Source: Eledone cirrhosa (Eukaryota). Taken from it: DNA of 64,000 bases. The translations under genes were made by a program, and so were the position numbers. Positions within the stretch are counted from its first letter, which is position 1, and every line of letters begins with the position of its first letter. The stretch covers positions 74,462,001 through 74,526,000 of the forward strand of contig OZ024744.1 of the NCBI GenBank assembly GCA_964016885.1. Reading direction: 5' to 3'. The notes beneath the pieces are model-generated. The model searched no databases, had not been told where the DNA came from, and saw only the letters and a list, made by a program, of their open reading frames with translations. Shown one piece after another: positions 39,223 through 52,572 of this stretch.

Positions 39223-41187
39223 ATACTTGGGGAGGGTCATATGTGTGTAATATTGCCAGAACACACTCACTGTTTGGTTGGTTTTCGCTTTTCGCTTCTG
39301 TGTCTTTATTAGCGGTAATCTAATTTATTCGGTCCTCAACAAACAACACTGACCTAAGGGAAGTATAAATAAATAAATAGATAAATAAATAAATAAATAC
39401 ATACACAACCACAATAACAACAAACACATATAAACACACACTAGTAAAGATAGAATACATTAACCAATACACAGTCACCCAATCACGAACACACATCAAA
39501 GAAAACACTATACACACACACAAACGCATGCGCAAAGAAGACAAAATAAAATAAACTAATAAATAAATATGTAAACAGACTAAATAAAGATGGCGTAGAA
39601 AATACAATGCTACGGGAGGAAACAATAGCATCACTGACGATGTTGCAAATGTGCAACGAAAGAACTTTGATAAACTATATATATGTGTTTGTGTCTATAT
39701 TGTATCTTTATTATTTTTGACCGTTGGTCAGTCAATGGCAACATTGAGGACCGAATAAATTAGATTACCGATATAAAAGACAGCGAGAAGCTAAGACCAG
39801 TCTATGCCGGCCATGACTGTTTATGACGACTGACACGGTAAAGCTATTAGCAACTGGCACCCGATAGGACTCTATCTCTCAACTAGCCACTGATTTACAC
39901 ATTTTACGTGGAGACGGGAAGTTAAAAAGAATCAATCTTTTCGTTCCTGTCAGAAGCATTCAGCCAACGTGTCTCACACACAAATTATCAAGGGGTGAAA
40001 AGATGGCCATAAGAAATAGCAGTTCACATTGATATAAAATACAATGGTAGCATTAGGTTCATGTCTCCAAACTCCATGGCTAGAGGAAAGCGATGGTAAC
40101 AATATATATATATATATAGGGCAACTTTCGTTACATATGGCCTGAGACAAACTATGATTATCTGGTGAAAGTAGAGTATGGAGGCAAACTAGGCATTTGC
40201 CACATTTATCACACTTTTCGCGAATAAGTGTCAATAAGATCATTTCTGACGTGGTCATCATCTTCATAACCGCTTAACATACGGTATCGTTCTACATTTC
40301 TGAACCAAATAGGTTCTAATACATACATGAGGACATTTTGAATGTATTGAACATTAAAAAGAAATTTCTGACGGTGAACGAGTTTAACTGGTAAGCGTTA
40401 GATATATCGTTATAAAGCATGTATTTTCAGTTGAACTGTAGTCTAATACCTGAGTAAACAAAGCTTTTGAGCCCAGTATTGTATACCAATATTGTTTCAG
40501 TATATGAATGCCAATGTTATGAGGCATTCGCAGTTTTCTACCAATTCAGTAATGCAGACGGTGAACAAACTTTTCATTCAACAGAGTATTATTGTCGAAA
40601 ATAAGCGACTTTGTATGGAGATGATGATTTTGGCCTCGAAGAAGATCAACTGAACGATTTTACTGCAGATTTTCAAATCGGGAAATTGCAAAATTCTTTG
40701 GTCTGGCAGTACTTCTGTGGAACATTGGCCAGTAAAATAATTTACAGGCTCATTATTCGATCTAGCCCTTTTATCAAATAAAAGTACAAATCAACTACTG
40801 GTCTATTTAATCTATTAATACATTCCACGAATCAATTAATCAATTAATTTCATCACACTTTTAATTTAATTTCATAAAACATGGACACACAAGTGAAAGC
40901 ATTTTGCGTGAAACCTATTAATCGATCCATAACTAGTAAAATGCATTGAAAGGAAATTTGAACCTCGTCAGTATTTGGACTCGGAATGTAAGGCAGACTG
41001 GGTATAGCTTTTATTATGTAAAATCTCCCCATTTTTGCCTAATTTCTCCCCGTTTTCGGGGTTCTTTTTTCATCGTACTCCTCCATTGGGTTTAAAGATT
41101 GGCAAGTAAATACAGCTTGAACCATTTTACGATCATTGAAGTCTTTCTGATGATTCTGTCTTGTATTCATTGTATTATTAAACATTA

Positions 41188-41412
41188 ACGGTACCAGTAA
41201 TACATTTGGATAATTGCTGGCCTTGTGCCAAAAGTAGAAACAATAATTAAACAATAAACACTAAACAGCAAAAGTACTAGTAATACACTAGGATAATTGC
41301 TAGACTTGTGCTAAAACTAGAAACAATTATTAAACATTAAACACTAAACATTATAAGTACTAGTAATTTACTGGGATAATTGCTGGCCTTGTGCCAAAAG
41401 TAGAAACAATTA
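41188..41412 (+). repeat. Three tandem copies of the OK-like SINE 3' tail
   Basis: GTAC.AGTAAT...GGATAATTGCT.G.CTTGTGC.AAAA.TAGAAACAAT repeated 3 times. Confidence 0.8.
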
Positions 41413-41564
41413 TAATATATTTACTGATAAACAAAGGAATTGTTTTGGATAAACCTATTTTCAAAACACTCCACAATTCACAATAACGAACGATGTCTTC
41501 TTGCAATTATTCGAAAATACATGCTTGATATTTTGGTTTTGTTATTGCAGTCTTTGATTTTTGT

Positions 41565-41565
<1 letters not shown>

Positions 41566-41650
<85 letters not shown>
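41566..41650. repeat. (TATC)n tract upstream of Tx1 copy A
   Basis: Direct reading. Confidence 0.97.
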
Positions 41651-43603
41651 GCCTGACGCGTGGAACATCATCGGTAAGCTTATTTGTTAATTTCCATACA
41701 AAAAACCGATCTAATTGTTTGAAAAAACATATCATTTTGTAGATTAACCCCCAAGCTGAATTGTTAACTGGGTGGTAATCCCATTTTTCGACCCTTTAGG
41801 GGCGAAAATTTAAATAAAAAATTGTTTTAAAATATCAAATTTTGCCAACTATAAAACATGAATAGCCCGAAGAGAACGTTAGAGAACGTCGACAGAGAGG
41901 AGAGGTAGAGAGGAAGATATTAACGTTATATCTGCTTCTGCTACTATGAACGCCGCCATCTATACGACTGTCAACAAAGAGGAAAACATATTACCACTTG
42001 AAGATTTTAAAATTTCTACCGTCGAAGCGGAGAAAAAATAACACACAGGAAAACACAGGAATTAAACCTATTAACATATATACACATGAAAAAGACAACA
42101 ACAACAACTCCATAGATACATCTAAACATAAAGTTTCACCTCGTCAAGAAATTGAGATTTCCAACACCGAGGCAACACCACACAAAAACAAAATGGCTTT
42201 CGCTGAAACAGTGAACACAAAATAAGATTTTATAAATCTTGACATCTCCAATGCAAGAGATATGCTCCAGCAAGGGAGAACATTTGTAACTTTAGAAGAC
42301 AAGGATGGCTTTAGAATTAAGTCATCCCTCGAAATAAAAGAAGAGACAGTTCGAAGGACAGCGACCTTCAGGACTGTCTCCAACACAACGAGAAAGCCAA
42401 TATTTGTGAGTCAAGGAGATATAGAAGACACCTTGAAGGGGACTGTAGCAAATATTGACTTTCTCCAACGAGGAAAACAGTACGGAAGTGTTTCCGTACT
42501 GTTTAAAAGCGAGGCACTCGCCCCAAAACATTCTGTGACACCAAAGGTGTCAAAAGCATTCACCTTTTTCCCTATGTACATGGGAAAAACACACACAAAA
42601 AAAATATACATATATATATATACCACCAAACATTAACATCTGGTCGATCTTGGCTGGCTTCGTAGAGCCAGAACCTGGTATGATTCTTTCGATACGAAAG
42701 TCTATTAGATAAAGGTGGGCGGGTACTGATTTGGAGATTCTGATGCCAAATGAGGCCGGACAGAATCTCCAAAATACCGGAAAAAGTCGTTATCGACGAC
42801 AACAACAAAATAAACATTTCCGTGGAGGGTCTTAAACTTCATTGCCTTCGCTGTGGTAGCACAGCACACCTAAAGGCCTCCTGTTCTTCACAAACACACA
42901 ACAACAACATCATTAACAAAACACTATTACCAACACCAAAACAACCACCGCCACAAGTACAAGAGACGAAACGAGCAAACACACCAAAACAAACAGCCAC
43001 TCAACCAACAACAACAGGAAAAACACAGAGAATACCCCTGAAGAACACAGTCCCACCCCATCCCACTCCAGTAGAGAGCCGAGTCGATAGTAAGGATCAA
43101 ACCGCCAGCCTCTTTCAAAAACGAAGGAGAGGCGGTTTTCCTCTGTACAGTGGCTATGGTGAAAGAAGTTATCTGGTGGACGAGATTGAGAGGACTGAGG
43201 ACAGATGCCTTTCTCCCCGGACAACAATTGATTCCCTTCTTTAAGTATCACTTTAGAAGGAGAATCAGAGTGGAGAGAGAGGCACTGCACCCCAGTAAAT
43301 TTACTAAAAGGTGGGTGAATCAGGCGAAAATGGCCCGAGTGATTGGGCCTTCTCTGTGTATAAGCCTGTAGGTTAAAGAAGATAGCAAAAGGAAGAAAGG
43401 AGCACTTGCACAACACGCACCTGGAGTTGAGGGTTGTTCTATCGACGGAGTATTAAACAACCCATTTGTGGCGCTTCCTCCCTATTGGGGATTTCGATTG
43501 TTGTAATTGTTTGTTTTATATTTTTTACACGACGGTATGTCAAATCCCCGGCATATCTTTGTATTGTCGCCTTTTCTTGTGTGACCTTGTGACAAATAAA
43601 GAA
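41651..43603 (+). mobile_element. Tx1-type copy A: intact-looking 5' end, decayed ORF1, large internal deletion, ORF2 tail + 3'UTR
   Basis: ORF1 motifs RGKQYGSV.V.F and VEG..LHCLRCGSTAHLKASC; jumps at about 43075 to AESIVRIKP; ends AATAAAGAA-(ATCT)n. Confidence 0.88.

Positions 43604-43680
<77 letters not shown>
43604..43680. repeat. (ATCT)n spacer between copies A and B
   Basis: Direct reading. Confidence 0.97.
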
Positions 43681-46504
43681 GTTAAACAGCACTTGACAGG
43701 GCCATTGTCAACAACAGATCGTGGTACTCTCTCAAGAGGGCAGTTGGATTAGACTCGTTTGTTTTTTAGTAAAGAATTAGCGTTAGATAGAAATAGGACC
43801 GAGAAAGAACTGGTAGATAAAGTAGAAGAGGCAATAAGAAGTGGCACGTAGCCAGCGTGCTAGCAACGAGAACGGCCTTCGACCAGTTCTTCGACGCAAA
43901 ACACGAGGGTTGCTTTGTCAGAAGCAAAATACGTGCTCTGGGAAACGAGGGATCCAAAGCTGTTAGCTGAACCCGGTGACGGAGGCGAAAATGGCAACAA
44001 GTCCACGATTCGGTCTTTGAAGGACCAAGACGGACGCGTGATACGTGAGCCGAAGCAGATGTACGCGGCCTTTCAGCGGTACTTTGCCCAGCTGCTCGGG
44101 CAGGGTGGCGCGCCGGGAGGAGCTAGGGATTTCTGTCCAAACCTCGACGGCTTGCCGCGATTCTCGGACAGCGAGGCGAAGTTCTGCGAAAGGCCGATTT
44201 CGGCCGCTGAGATAACGGACGCGCTTAGCCAATGTGGCAAACGCAAATCTCCAGGTCCCGACGCAAATCTCCAGGTCTAACCTACGAATTTTGCGTAGCA
44301 ATGCCGGACTTGTTCTCTGCTCTCCTGGAATCGGTCTACTGCAACTGGCAACAGAACGGGAGAATTCCCAGTTCTGTGGCCAGGAGCGTAGTCACGCTAG
44401 TCAGGAAGGAGGAGAATAAGGGGGATGATATAGGCAACTTCCGGCCCATAACTCTGCTAAACACAGAGTTACAGATTTTGGCCAAGGTGTTGGCAAAGAG
44501 GCTGGCGCTTGTCAAAAACCTGGTGGGAGAAGCACAGACATGCGCAATCCCGACCAGGTCCATACACGACGACCTCCACCTCCTGCGATACATCGTAGAG
44601 TGTGTTGGGTGTAAACGCGGCTTCGGTGTGGCCCTGATCAACTACCTGGATGCGGTGCTCGAGGCGGCAGGCTTCAGACCCGTGTTCAGGCGCTGGATTG
44701 CTGCAATACACAACAGCAACATCTGCTCAAGGGTCAAGTTGAACGGCTACCTCTCGGAGCCGTTCCATATCACGCGATCCATCCCACATGGATGCCCTCT
44801 CTCCTCCCTTCTGTATGTACTGATTATAGAGCCACTACTGCGGAAGTTGGAACGATTGCAGGGCATCCCTCTGGAACCGGGACTGCGGAAAGCGACGTCG
44901 GCCTACGCCGACGACGTGACAGTAATGGTGTTGAGCACCTCGCACATCGAGGAAGTCGGCATTCTACTGGAGGAATACGAAAGGTTCACAGGAGCGAAGC
45001 TGAACCGGAACAAGTCCCTTGGTTTGCAACTCGGATCGTGGAGAGGCAAACCGATGCCTTCCGATGGCGTCGTCGGACACTGGATGGAAGGACCGGTGAA
45101 GCTGCTTGGGTCTGGTTTGTTTCGGACCTCCAGCTGGAGAAGAACTGGTACGAGGTGTTTGCACTCATCCAGAAGTAGGCTGAATGCAAATTATCCTTGA
45201 AGGAGGTAGCGAACACTTTTATAGCGTTCGTCATCTACTACTGCTTGACCGTCGTGCCTTGTCCAGCCAAAACGCTCGCCGAAGTGGAGCGCGCGCTCTT
45301 CCAATTCCTTTGGAAGAAGCAGGCTCCTTTGGTGAGAAGATCCATCTGCTGCCAACACCCTTCCAACGGAGGGCTGGGGATGCCGTGGATAACAATGCGC
45401 AAACACGAACACAGGCTGCGACATTTCCACATATTTCTCACCGGACAACCGGTGTGGGCCCCGTTCGCGAGGCGAGCTTTCCCACGACTCGTCTCGCTAA
45501 CCGAGCTGCAGTCAGGGTCAAGCAAAGACCGAGGAAAATGGGTGACTGGCACATCGAATGTGCTCAGGCGCTCACAGCCCCCTGGCAGGCGGACCCGGCG
45601 ATCAGTGGACACTCCTCTTCGTCATTCTGTAGAGGGCTGGTCCGCAGCAAGTTCGACGAAGCGCTCGGAGAAACTCTAGGCGTAGAGGAAAACGAACTGG
45701 CCAGTCTGTTCGGTAGGACCTTCTGCCCGGGACCGATGGACAACTTCCAAAGGTCTCTGGCCTGGCAGTGCTACCGAAGAGCTCTACCAGTTAGAGACAA
45801 GCTCTACAGACATGGGCGCCCGGGCAGGGACCATTCTAAAAAGATCTGTCCGAGATGCGTGCGAGACGAAGAAACCGTCGCACACGCATTCGAACACTGC
45901 CCAGACGTTACCGACTGGGGGGGGGGGCTATGTAAAACGACTATTGTCGCGGGTGGGACAAATCCGGTTGACCACCGAGTCCATTGTCATGATCAAACCG
46001 CCACCCTCCTTCAAAAACGTAGGAGATGCGGTTTTCCTTTGTGATAGCTATGGCGAAATAGGTTGTATGTTGGACGAGGTTAAAAGAGCTGAGGTCAGAC
46101 ACCTTTCTCTCCGGCTAACAACTTATTCTATTTTTCAAATACCACTTTGGAAGAAGAATCAGGATGGAGAGAGAGGTGCTGTACCCTAGCAAGTTTTACG
46201 AAAGGTGGGTGAAAGTGGCGAGAATAGCCCGAGTGAATGGCCCTTTTCTCTTATATTAGTATGTAGGTTGAGGAAAAAGAGGAAGAGAGGAAAGGGGTAC
46301 TAACTCTTCGTACTCCTGGAGATGAGGGTTGTACATTTTTTCGTGGGTATGTGTTACCCATATGTAATGTCTCCCCCTATTGGGGAAAATCGATAAATTT
46401 TTTAATTGCATTTGTGATAGTATTTTACACGTTTTTATTGTATGTAAACTTCCCCTTTTGTATTTGTCCCCTCCTTTTGTACCCCTGTGGCTAAGAAAGA
46501 AACA
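43681..46504 (+). mobile_element. Tx1-type copy B: 5'-truncated, frameshifted ORF2 (RT + C-terminal Cys motif) + 3'UTR
   Basis: KSPG, NFRPITLLN..QILAKVLAKRL, GCPLS.LLY.L.IEPL, AYADDV, GAKLN..KS, GGLGMP, CPRC...ET..H.F..C. Confidence 0.93.
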
Positions 46505-46583
<79 letters not shown>

Positions 46584-46600
46584 TCATCTATCCATCTATC
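46505..46600. repeat. (TATC)n spacer between copies B and C
   Basis: Direct reading. Confidence 0.97.
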
Positions 46601-49600
46601 GACCGGATGGGCGTTAGATCGTCGGTAAGTTTTGTAAAGTTTTCTATACAAAAACAGAATTTATTGTGTGAAAATTTATTTTGATTGATAGATTAACACC
46701 CAGGCTGAAATGTCAGCCGAGCGCTAATGTCAGTTTTCGCCCCACAGGGGCGGACATTTTATTTGAAAAATGTTTCTAAATTTTAATATTTTTGCTATCG
46801 ATAATGGCTAGCTTAGTAGAAGCAACGCTACCGAACGCTGACGAAGAAAGTAGAGAGAGAAATGCAGAGAGTAACGTTACCACAATTTCTGCCTACATAG
46901 GCGTCACTGTGGAGACAAATAGTGACAACAAACTTTTGTTTTGCCAAGAAGCCGAAAAATGCAACTTACAAGATGGACCACACAGCTTACGACAGACATC
47001 AAAAACCACAAAAAATTAAACAATAGACACAACTACAAACAGAAAAACCGACAACCACCACCACAACAACACAAATAAATCTTTTACAGAAAGAGTCACA
47101 AATAATAATAACGCTACTTCTAACTCCGCATGTATTGGCGTCACCATGGAAGCCAATATAGACAAAAATTAAAACAAGATCGAACCACACAGTGAACAAC
47201 AGACACCAAAAACAACAGAAAATGAAACCATTGACACAACTACAAACGGAAAAACCGACAACAACAATAACACCAACACCAAAAAAAATGTTTACGCAAA
47301 CAGTCATCAAGAAACAAGAGTTCAAAGATCTCGATATCTCCAATGCGAAACAGATGCTCTCTGAAGCAAAGGAGTTTATCACTTTTGGTGAAAACGGTGG
47401 ATTTCAAATAAACCCACCCCCAGAAATTCCCCTGGAAACATTTCGAAGGACAATTACCTTCAGAACTGTTTCAAATGAAACAAAACGACCAGCATTCCCA
47501 AGTCAAGGGGAAATTGAGGCAACCTTGAAGGAGATATTACCAAACATTGATTTATGCAGAGGGCCAAACAGTACGGGAGTATTTCGGTACTCCTCAAAAG
47601 CGAGACCCTTGCACAAAGGTACTCAGTGACGCCAATACTGTCACAAAAATACATATTTTTCCCTACATACCTGGGAAAAAGGACACAAAAAATCAGAATT
47701 ACAAACATACCACCAAATATTAATATTTGGTGGATATTGGCAGGATTTTTAGAGGAGAGAAAATACACCATCCTCTCCATCAAAAAGTCAACCAGAGCAC
47801 GTATGTCTGGTAAAAATGTGGAGATACTGGTGTAAATGAGCCAGGAAAGAATCTCCAAAATACCAGAAAAAGTGCTGGTGGACAACAACAGCCATATAAG
47901 CATTTCGGTTGAGGGACGAAAACCACATTGCTTTCGTTGCAATAGCACCACACACCTAAAGGCCTTCTGCCCTTTACAAACACGCTGAACCAAAACAATA
48001 CAAAAGAAAACACTGTTACCAACACCGTCACCAAAACAACCACCACCACAACAACAACGACACCCGAAACAAGCATACACACCAAAAACAAACAGCCATT
48101 CAACCAACAACAACAGAAAAAACACAGACAACACGCCTAAAGAACACAGCCCCACCCCATCCCGCTCCATCAAACACTTCCATAAAAACACACACCGAAA
48201 CACCACCACCACACAACATACCACAACCCCACACTCCTGACGATGATTATTCATTAACAGATGAGGCTGCTTCTCCTTCTTTAAGTGAAGAAGGAGAGAC
48301 TTGGAAATCCCCAAAACAAAAAAAGAGACACCACAAAACCCCAAAAACTCCAATCACCAACACCAACACACAACCACAGACACAAACAACAACACAAACA
48401 ACACCACAGTCAAACATCCCCCTACCAGCAATACCAACACCAACATCACCCCAAACACAAGCACCCACCATAAAAATAAAACTCCCGAACGAACAACAAA
48501 CAATAGCAACACAACAAAAACACAAACAACAATACGCATACATCAACACAAATAATAAGAGTTTGATGGAGGTCATCTCCCAAAACTTCAAGGTTGAGAC
48601 GGAGGGCAAAACTTTCATTAAAGCAGAATCGTCTCCACACCTTAAGTTTATAAGGGTTTTTATGGAAGCCTATATTGACCTGAAAAATAAATGTTCGCAG
48701 GACATGGGAAGCCCCTGCCAGAAACCCATCAACCGCGGCCTGTAAAAATGTTTCCACACCCCACCCAACACCTGCAGCACCTGAATGGAGATTGAACAAC
48801 CCGATCTCCAGGAAAATAAAAGGTAAGTGCACCTTTTCGTCCTTTTTCGCCAACTCTTCTCCACCAACATGGCAAGTTTACGAGTTGGAAGCGTATATGT
48901 GCGTGGCCTAGGGATGCCCTGGAAACAGGGCCAACTTTTAAACGACCTTAGGTCACACGGTATGGTTGTGATAGCCATCACCGAGTCCAGAATCCACAAC
49001 AGGCAGCAACTAACCACCATCTTCAATGACTTGGAGACCTACGCATCTCTCTGTCAGACAGGAGGTGGAGGGGGAGTGGCTGTCATGTTTCGGAAAAACC
49101 TGGACGTCGAAGTACAGCAAGTACACTTGGACCCGGAGGGTAGAGTGGTAGTCCTAGACGTGAACAGTATTTGAGGTGGAGCCTTCAGACTGGTGGCCGT
49201 TTATGCCCCGACCGGGAAATCGCAACCCGCGGCCAGACTTCTTTAAGTGTCTAGAGTCTTTTCTGGGAACGTCTCGCTCCTTACTTTTAGTGGGGAACTG
49301 GAATGGTATACTAGATGCACGATGGGACTATGTGGGAGCATGTCCCTGTAGAGGAGGGTGCAACAGCCTCAAACCTCTAATCGGTCAATTCCAACTGGCC
49401 GATAGGTATCGACAATTTTCCCGACTGCACCATAGTGGACGTGGGCAAACCGCAGTGGGACATCAAGATCGTATTTAGATAGGTTTTTCATTAGAGAGAA
49501 GAACAAGAATATGTTAAGCTGTCCACAAATGGACATGGTTGCCTATCCAGACCACAAACTAGTAATCTGCATAGTCAACCGTGATAGAATACATAGACGA

Positions 49601-52480
49601 AGACCCGGATACTGGAAGCTGAACGTGTCGCTACCGACACGTAAAGCCTACAGTGAACGGATAAGTAGATTAGTTAAGCAACAATTGACGGTAGCCATCG
49701 TCAACAACAGATGGTGGTACTCCCTTAAGAAAGCAATTACAGCTGAGTCGATAGACTTTAGCAGAGAGTTAGCCTTAGAGAGAAACAAAACAGAAACGGA
49801 ACTAGTAGCCAAGGTTGAGGAGGCGCTTAGAAGTGGAAACGTAGCTAGGGTGCTAGCAACGAGAAAGTCACTGGACCAGTTCTTCGATGCGATACACGAA
49901 GGCTGCATGGTCAGAAGTAAATCACGTGCTCTAGGAAACGAGGGAGCGAAAGCTGTTAGCTGGACCAGAGTGACAGAGGCGAAAAGTGGCAACAAGTCCC
50001 CGATTCGGTCTTTGAAAGACCCAAACGGACGCGTGCTACTTGACCCCAAGCGGATGTTCGCGGCCTTTCAGCGGCACTTTGTGAAAATGTTCGGGCAGAG
50101 TGGTGGTGCGTCTTCGGTTCATACCTCGACGGCCTGCCTCGTCTCTCGAGCATGGACACCGAGTTCTGCGAAAGACCGATCACAGCCAGTGAGATACGGG
50201 ACTCTCTGGGTCGCCGCGGGAAAGGCAAATCACCCAGTCTAGATAGTCAACCCTATGAGTTTTACAGAGGCATGTCCGACTTGTTCTCTGGTGTCCTCGA
50301 GGCCGTCTACTGTAACTAGCAGCAGAACGGGAGAATTTCCAGTTCAGCAGGCAGGGGGGTAGTAACTCTAATCAGAAAAGACAAGAACAAGGGTTCGACC
50401 TAAGCAACTTTAGGCCCATAAATCTGCTCAACACAGAGTTAAAGAATTTGGCCAAGGTGTTGGCAACGAGGTTGGCGTTTGTCGAGAACCTGGTAGGGAA
50501 AGCGCAAACGTGTGCAATCCCGACAAGGTCCATACACGACAACCTCCACCCATGCGATACATCACAGAGAGTGTGGGGTATAAACCCGGCTTTGGTGCGG
50601 CTCTGATCAATTTAGATCAGTCTAAGGCGTTCGATAGGGTCGACCATAGATACTTGGAAGCGGTTCTCAACGCGGCCGGTTTCGGACACGTCTTCAGAAG
50701 CTGGATTGCCGCAATGCACACCAACATCTGCTTGATGGTCAAGGCTAACGGCTACATATCGGAGCCGTTCCATCCGTCAGGGATACCCTCTCTCCTCCAT
50801 TCTTTACGTACTGACTCTAGAGCCACTATTGCGGAAGCTGGAGCTGATGCAGGGCATTCCGTTGGAACCGGGACTTCGGAAAGCGGCGTCGGCTTATGCC
50901 GACGACGTGACAGTAATAGGGTCGGAAGACTCGGAAATCGGGGCGATCGGCAACTTACTGCAGGAATATGAAGTCTCACAGGAGCAAAACTGAATCCGGA
51001 CAAGTCTGTCGGTTTGCAACTCGGAACGTGGAGAGGCAAACCGATGACGTCCGACAGCGTCGTTGGACGCTGTCGGACGGACGGGTGAAATTGCTCGGGT
51101 TCTGGTTCGGTCCAGATCTCCAGGTGGAGAAAAACTGGAACGAGATCACGACCAAGGTGTTTGCGCTCACCTAGAAGTGGGCAGAGTGCAAACTGTCCTT
51201 GAAAGATCGAGCGAAGGTGGCGAACACTTTCATAGCGTCCGTCATCTACTACTGCTTGACTGTCGTGCCTTGTTCCCGTGAACACCTCGCCAAGATGGAA
51301 CGCATGCTCTTCCAGTTTCTGTGGAAGAAGCAGGCTCCGCTGGAGAGGAGGTGCTGTCAGCGCCCTTCCAACAGAGGGCCTGGAATGCCGTGGCTGTGGA
51401 TGTGCAAACATGCGCTGAGGCTGCGGCATTTCCAGGTATTCCTCACCGACCAACCGGTCTGGGCACCGTTTGTGAGACAGGCCTTCCCGCAACTTGTCTC
51501 GCTAACGGAGCTGCAGAACTGGGTCAAGCGAAGACCGAAGAAGATGGGTGCCTGGTACATTGAATGCGTTCAGGCGCTCACAGTCCTCTGTCAAGCTGGC
51601 ACGGCAATCAGTGGAGACTCCACTTCGACATTCTATAGAGGGTTAGTACACCACAAGGACGACGGCGTGCTCGAAGAGACTCTAGGCGTCGAAGACGACC
51701 AACTCACCAATCTGTTTGATAGGACTCTCCGCCCGGGACCTATGGACAAATTGCTGAGGTTCCTGGCCTGCCAGTGATACCGAGGAGCTCTACTAGTTCG
51801 AGACAAGATCTACACGCACGGACGCCCCAACAAGGATCCTTCCAAGAGGATGTGTCCAAGATGCGAGCAGGACATTGTAACCGTCTTACACGCAACTGTA
51901 CACTGCCCGGGCGTAACCGACCTGTGGAACTCCGCAGAACAACTGCTGTCGCGTATGGGACAAATCCAGTTGACTGCCGAGTCCATAGTAAGGATCAAAC
52001 CGGCAACTTCTTTCCAAAACGAAAGATATGCGGTTTTCTTCTGTATAGTGGCTATGGTGAAAGAGGTTATATCGTGGGCAAGATTGAGAGGACTGAGACA
52101 GATGCCTTTCTCTCTGGAAGTCATTCCCTTCTTTATGTACCACTTTAGAAGGAGAATCAAAGTGGAGAGAAATTTACTGAAAGGTGAGTGAATGTGGCAA
52201 AAATGACCCGAGTGACTGGGCGTTCTCTGTATATAAACCTGTAGGTTGAAGAAGAGAGCAAAAGGAAGAAAGGATCACTTGCACAACACGCTCCTGAAGT
52301 TGAGGGTTGTTCTATTGACAGGGTATTAAACAACCCATTTGTGGCGCCTCCCGCCTATTGGGGATTTTGATTGTTATTATTGTTTGTTTCATATTTTTAC
52401 ACGATTGTATGTAAAATCCCCGGCATGTGTCTTTGTATTGTTCCCTTTTCTTGTGCACCCTTGTGGCTAATAAAGAAATA
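46601..52480 (+). mobile_element. Tx1-type copy C: full-length (about 5.9 kb), decayed ORF1 and ORF2
   Basis: 5'UTR similar to copy A; ORF1 with CFRCNSTTHLKAFC knuckle; APE-RT ORF2; 3'UTR ending AATAAAGAAAT-(ATCT)n. Confidence 0.93.
48869..52245 (+). pseudogene. Tx1 ORF2 (APE endonuclease + reverse transcriptase) with multiple frameshifts and stops
   Basis: LRVGS..VRGL, AITES, GGGVA, VYAP, GNWN, DHK, PGYWKLN, LDQSKAFDRVDH, AYADD. Confidence 0.92.
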
Positions 52481-52572
52481 ATCCATCTATCTACCTCTCT
52501 CTCTATCTATCTATCTATCTATCTATCTGTCTATCTATCTATCTATCTATCAATCTATCTATCTATTTATCT
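52481..52572. repeat. (ATCT)n spacer between copies C and D
   Basis: Direct reading, slightly degenerate. Confidence 0.95.

Noticed and set aside
39974-40267. Cys-rich ORF (KCDKCGKCLVCLH) as a host zinc-finger exon or piggyBac C-terminus
   Set aside because: Too short, motif spacing not diagnostic, no supporting neighbours.
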